Shown piece by piece: positions 63,659-64,000 of a stretch of 64,000 nt of DNA. The position numbers were made by a program, and so were the translations under genes. Position 1 is the first letter of the stretch; each line of letters opens with the position of its first letter. The notes under the pieces are model-generated. The model was not told the DNA's origin. It made no database searches and was given only the letters and a program-made list of their open reading frames with translations. This DNA comes from Felis catus (lineage: Eukaryota), in contig NC_058373.1 of the NCBI RefSeq assembly GCF_018350175.1, forward strand, positions 101,000,001-101,064,000. The letters are read 5' to 3'.

Positions 63659-63700
<42 letters not shown>

Positions 63701-64000
63701 CATGCACACAATGGAATATTACTCAGCCATCAAAAATGAAATCTTGCCATTTCCAACAGTGTGGATGGAGCTAGAGCATACTATGCTAAGTGAAATAAGT
63801 CAGTCAGAGAAAGACAAATACCATATGATTTCACTCATATGTGGAGTTTAGGAGACAAAACAGATGAACACATGGAAAGGAAGATAAAAAGAGAAGAAAT
63901 GGAAACAAACCACAAGAGACCTTTAGTGATAGAGAACAAACTGAGGATTGATGGAAGGAGGTAGGTGGGTGATGGGCTAGATGGGTGATGGGTATTAAGG
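63598..64000 (+). mobile_element. Carnivore L1 3' end containing (CA)n at ~63660-63698
   Basis: atggaatattactcagccatcaaaaatgaaatcttgccattt...agtcagtcagagaaagacaaataccatatg. Confidence 0.95.

Noticed and set aside
1..64000. CRISPR arrays, operons or prokaryotic defence systems
   Set aside because: Sequence is clearly mammalian; no regularly spaced repeat-spacer structure seen

Overview
Mammalian nuclear DNA, almost certainly a felid: it carries about 20 tRNA-derived Can-SINEs, including near-identical young SINEC_Fc-type copies, plus carnivore-type L1. The window is gene-poor and repeat-rich (MIR, L2, CR1/L3, L1, MaLR/ERVL LTRs, hAT and Tc-mariner MITEs). Almost all listed ORFs are spurious or TE-derived. 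The only gene-like signal is the apparent 3' end of an unidentified minus-strand gene: frame-compatible exons at 5452-5583 and 5039-5217, a ~1.35 kb repeat-free 3' UTR and AATAAA at 3702-3707, with weaker candidate upstream exons. The most unusual element is a decayed provirus at ~26.5-30.2 kb that joins class III (ERV-L-like) pro/RNase H/integrase motifs to a gamma-type env TM and a MER89-like LTR; it sits back-to-back with an older ERV-L internal region. Smaller points of interest are templated-insertion scars, nested or inverted SINEs, and non-B DNA tracts. No CRISPR, rRNA or true tRNA genes were seen, and I found no convincing new biological system. Repeat family names come from recalled consensus sequences, not a search; boundaries are approximate unless TSDs are quoted.
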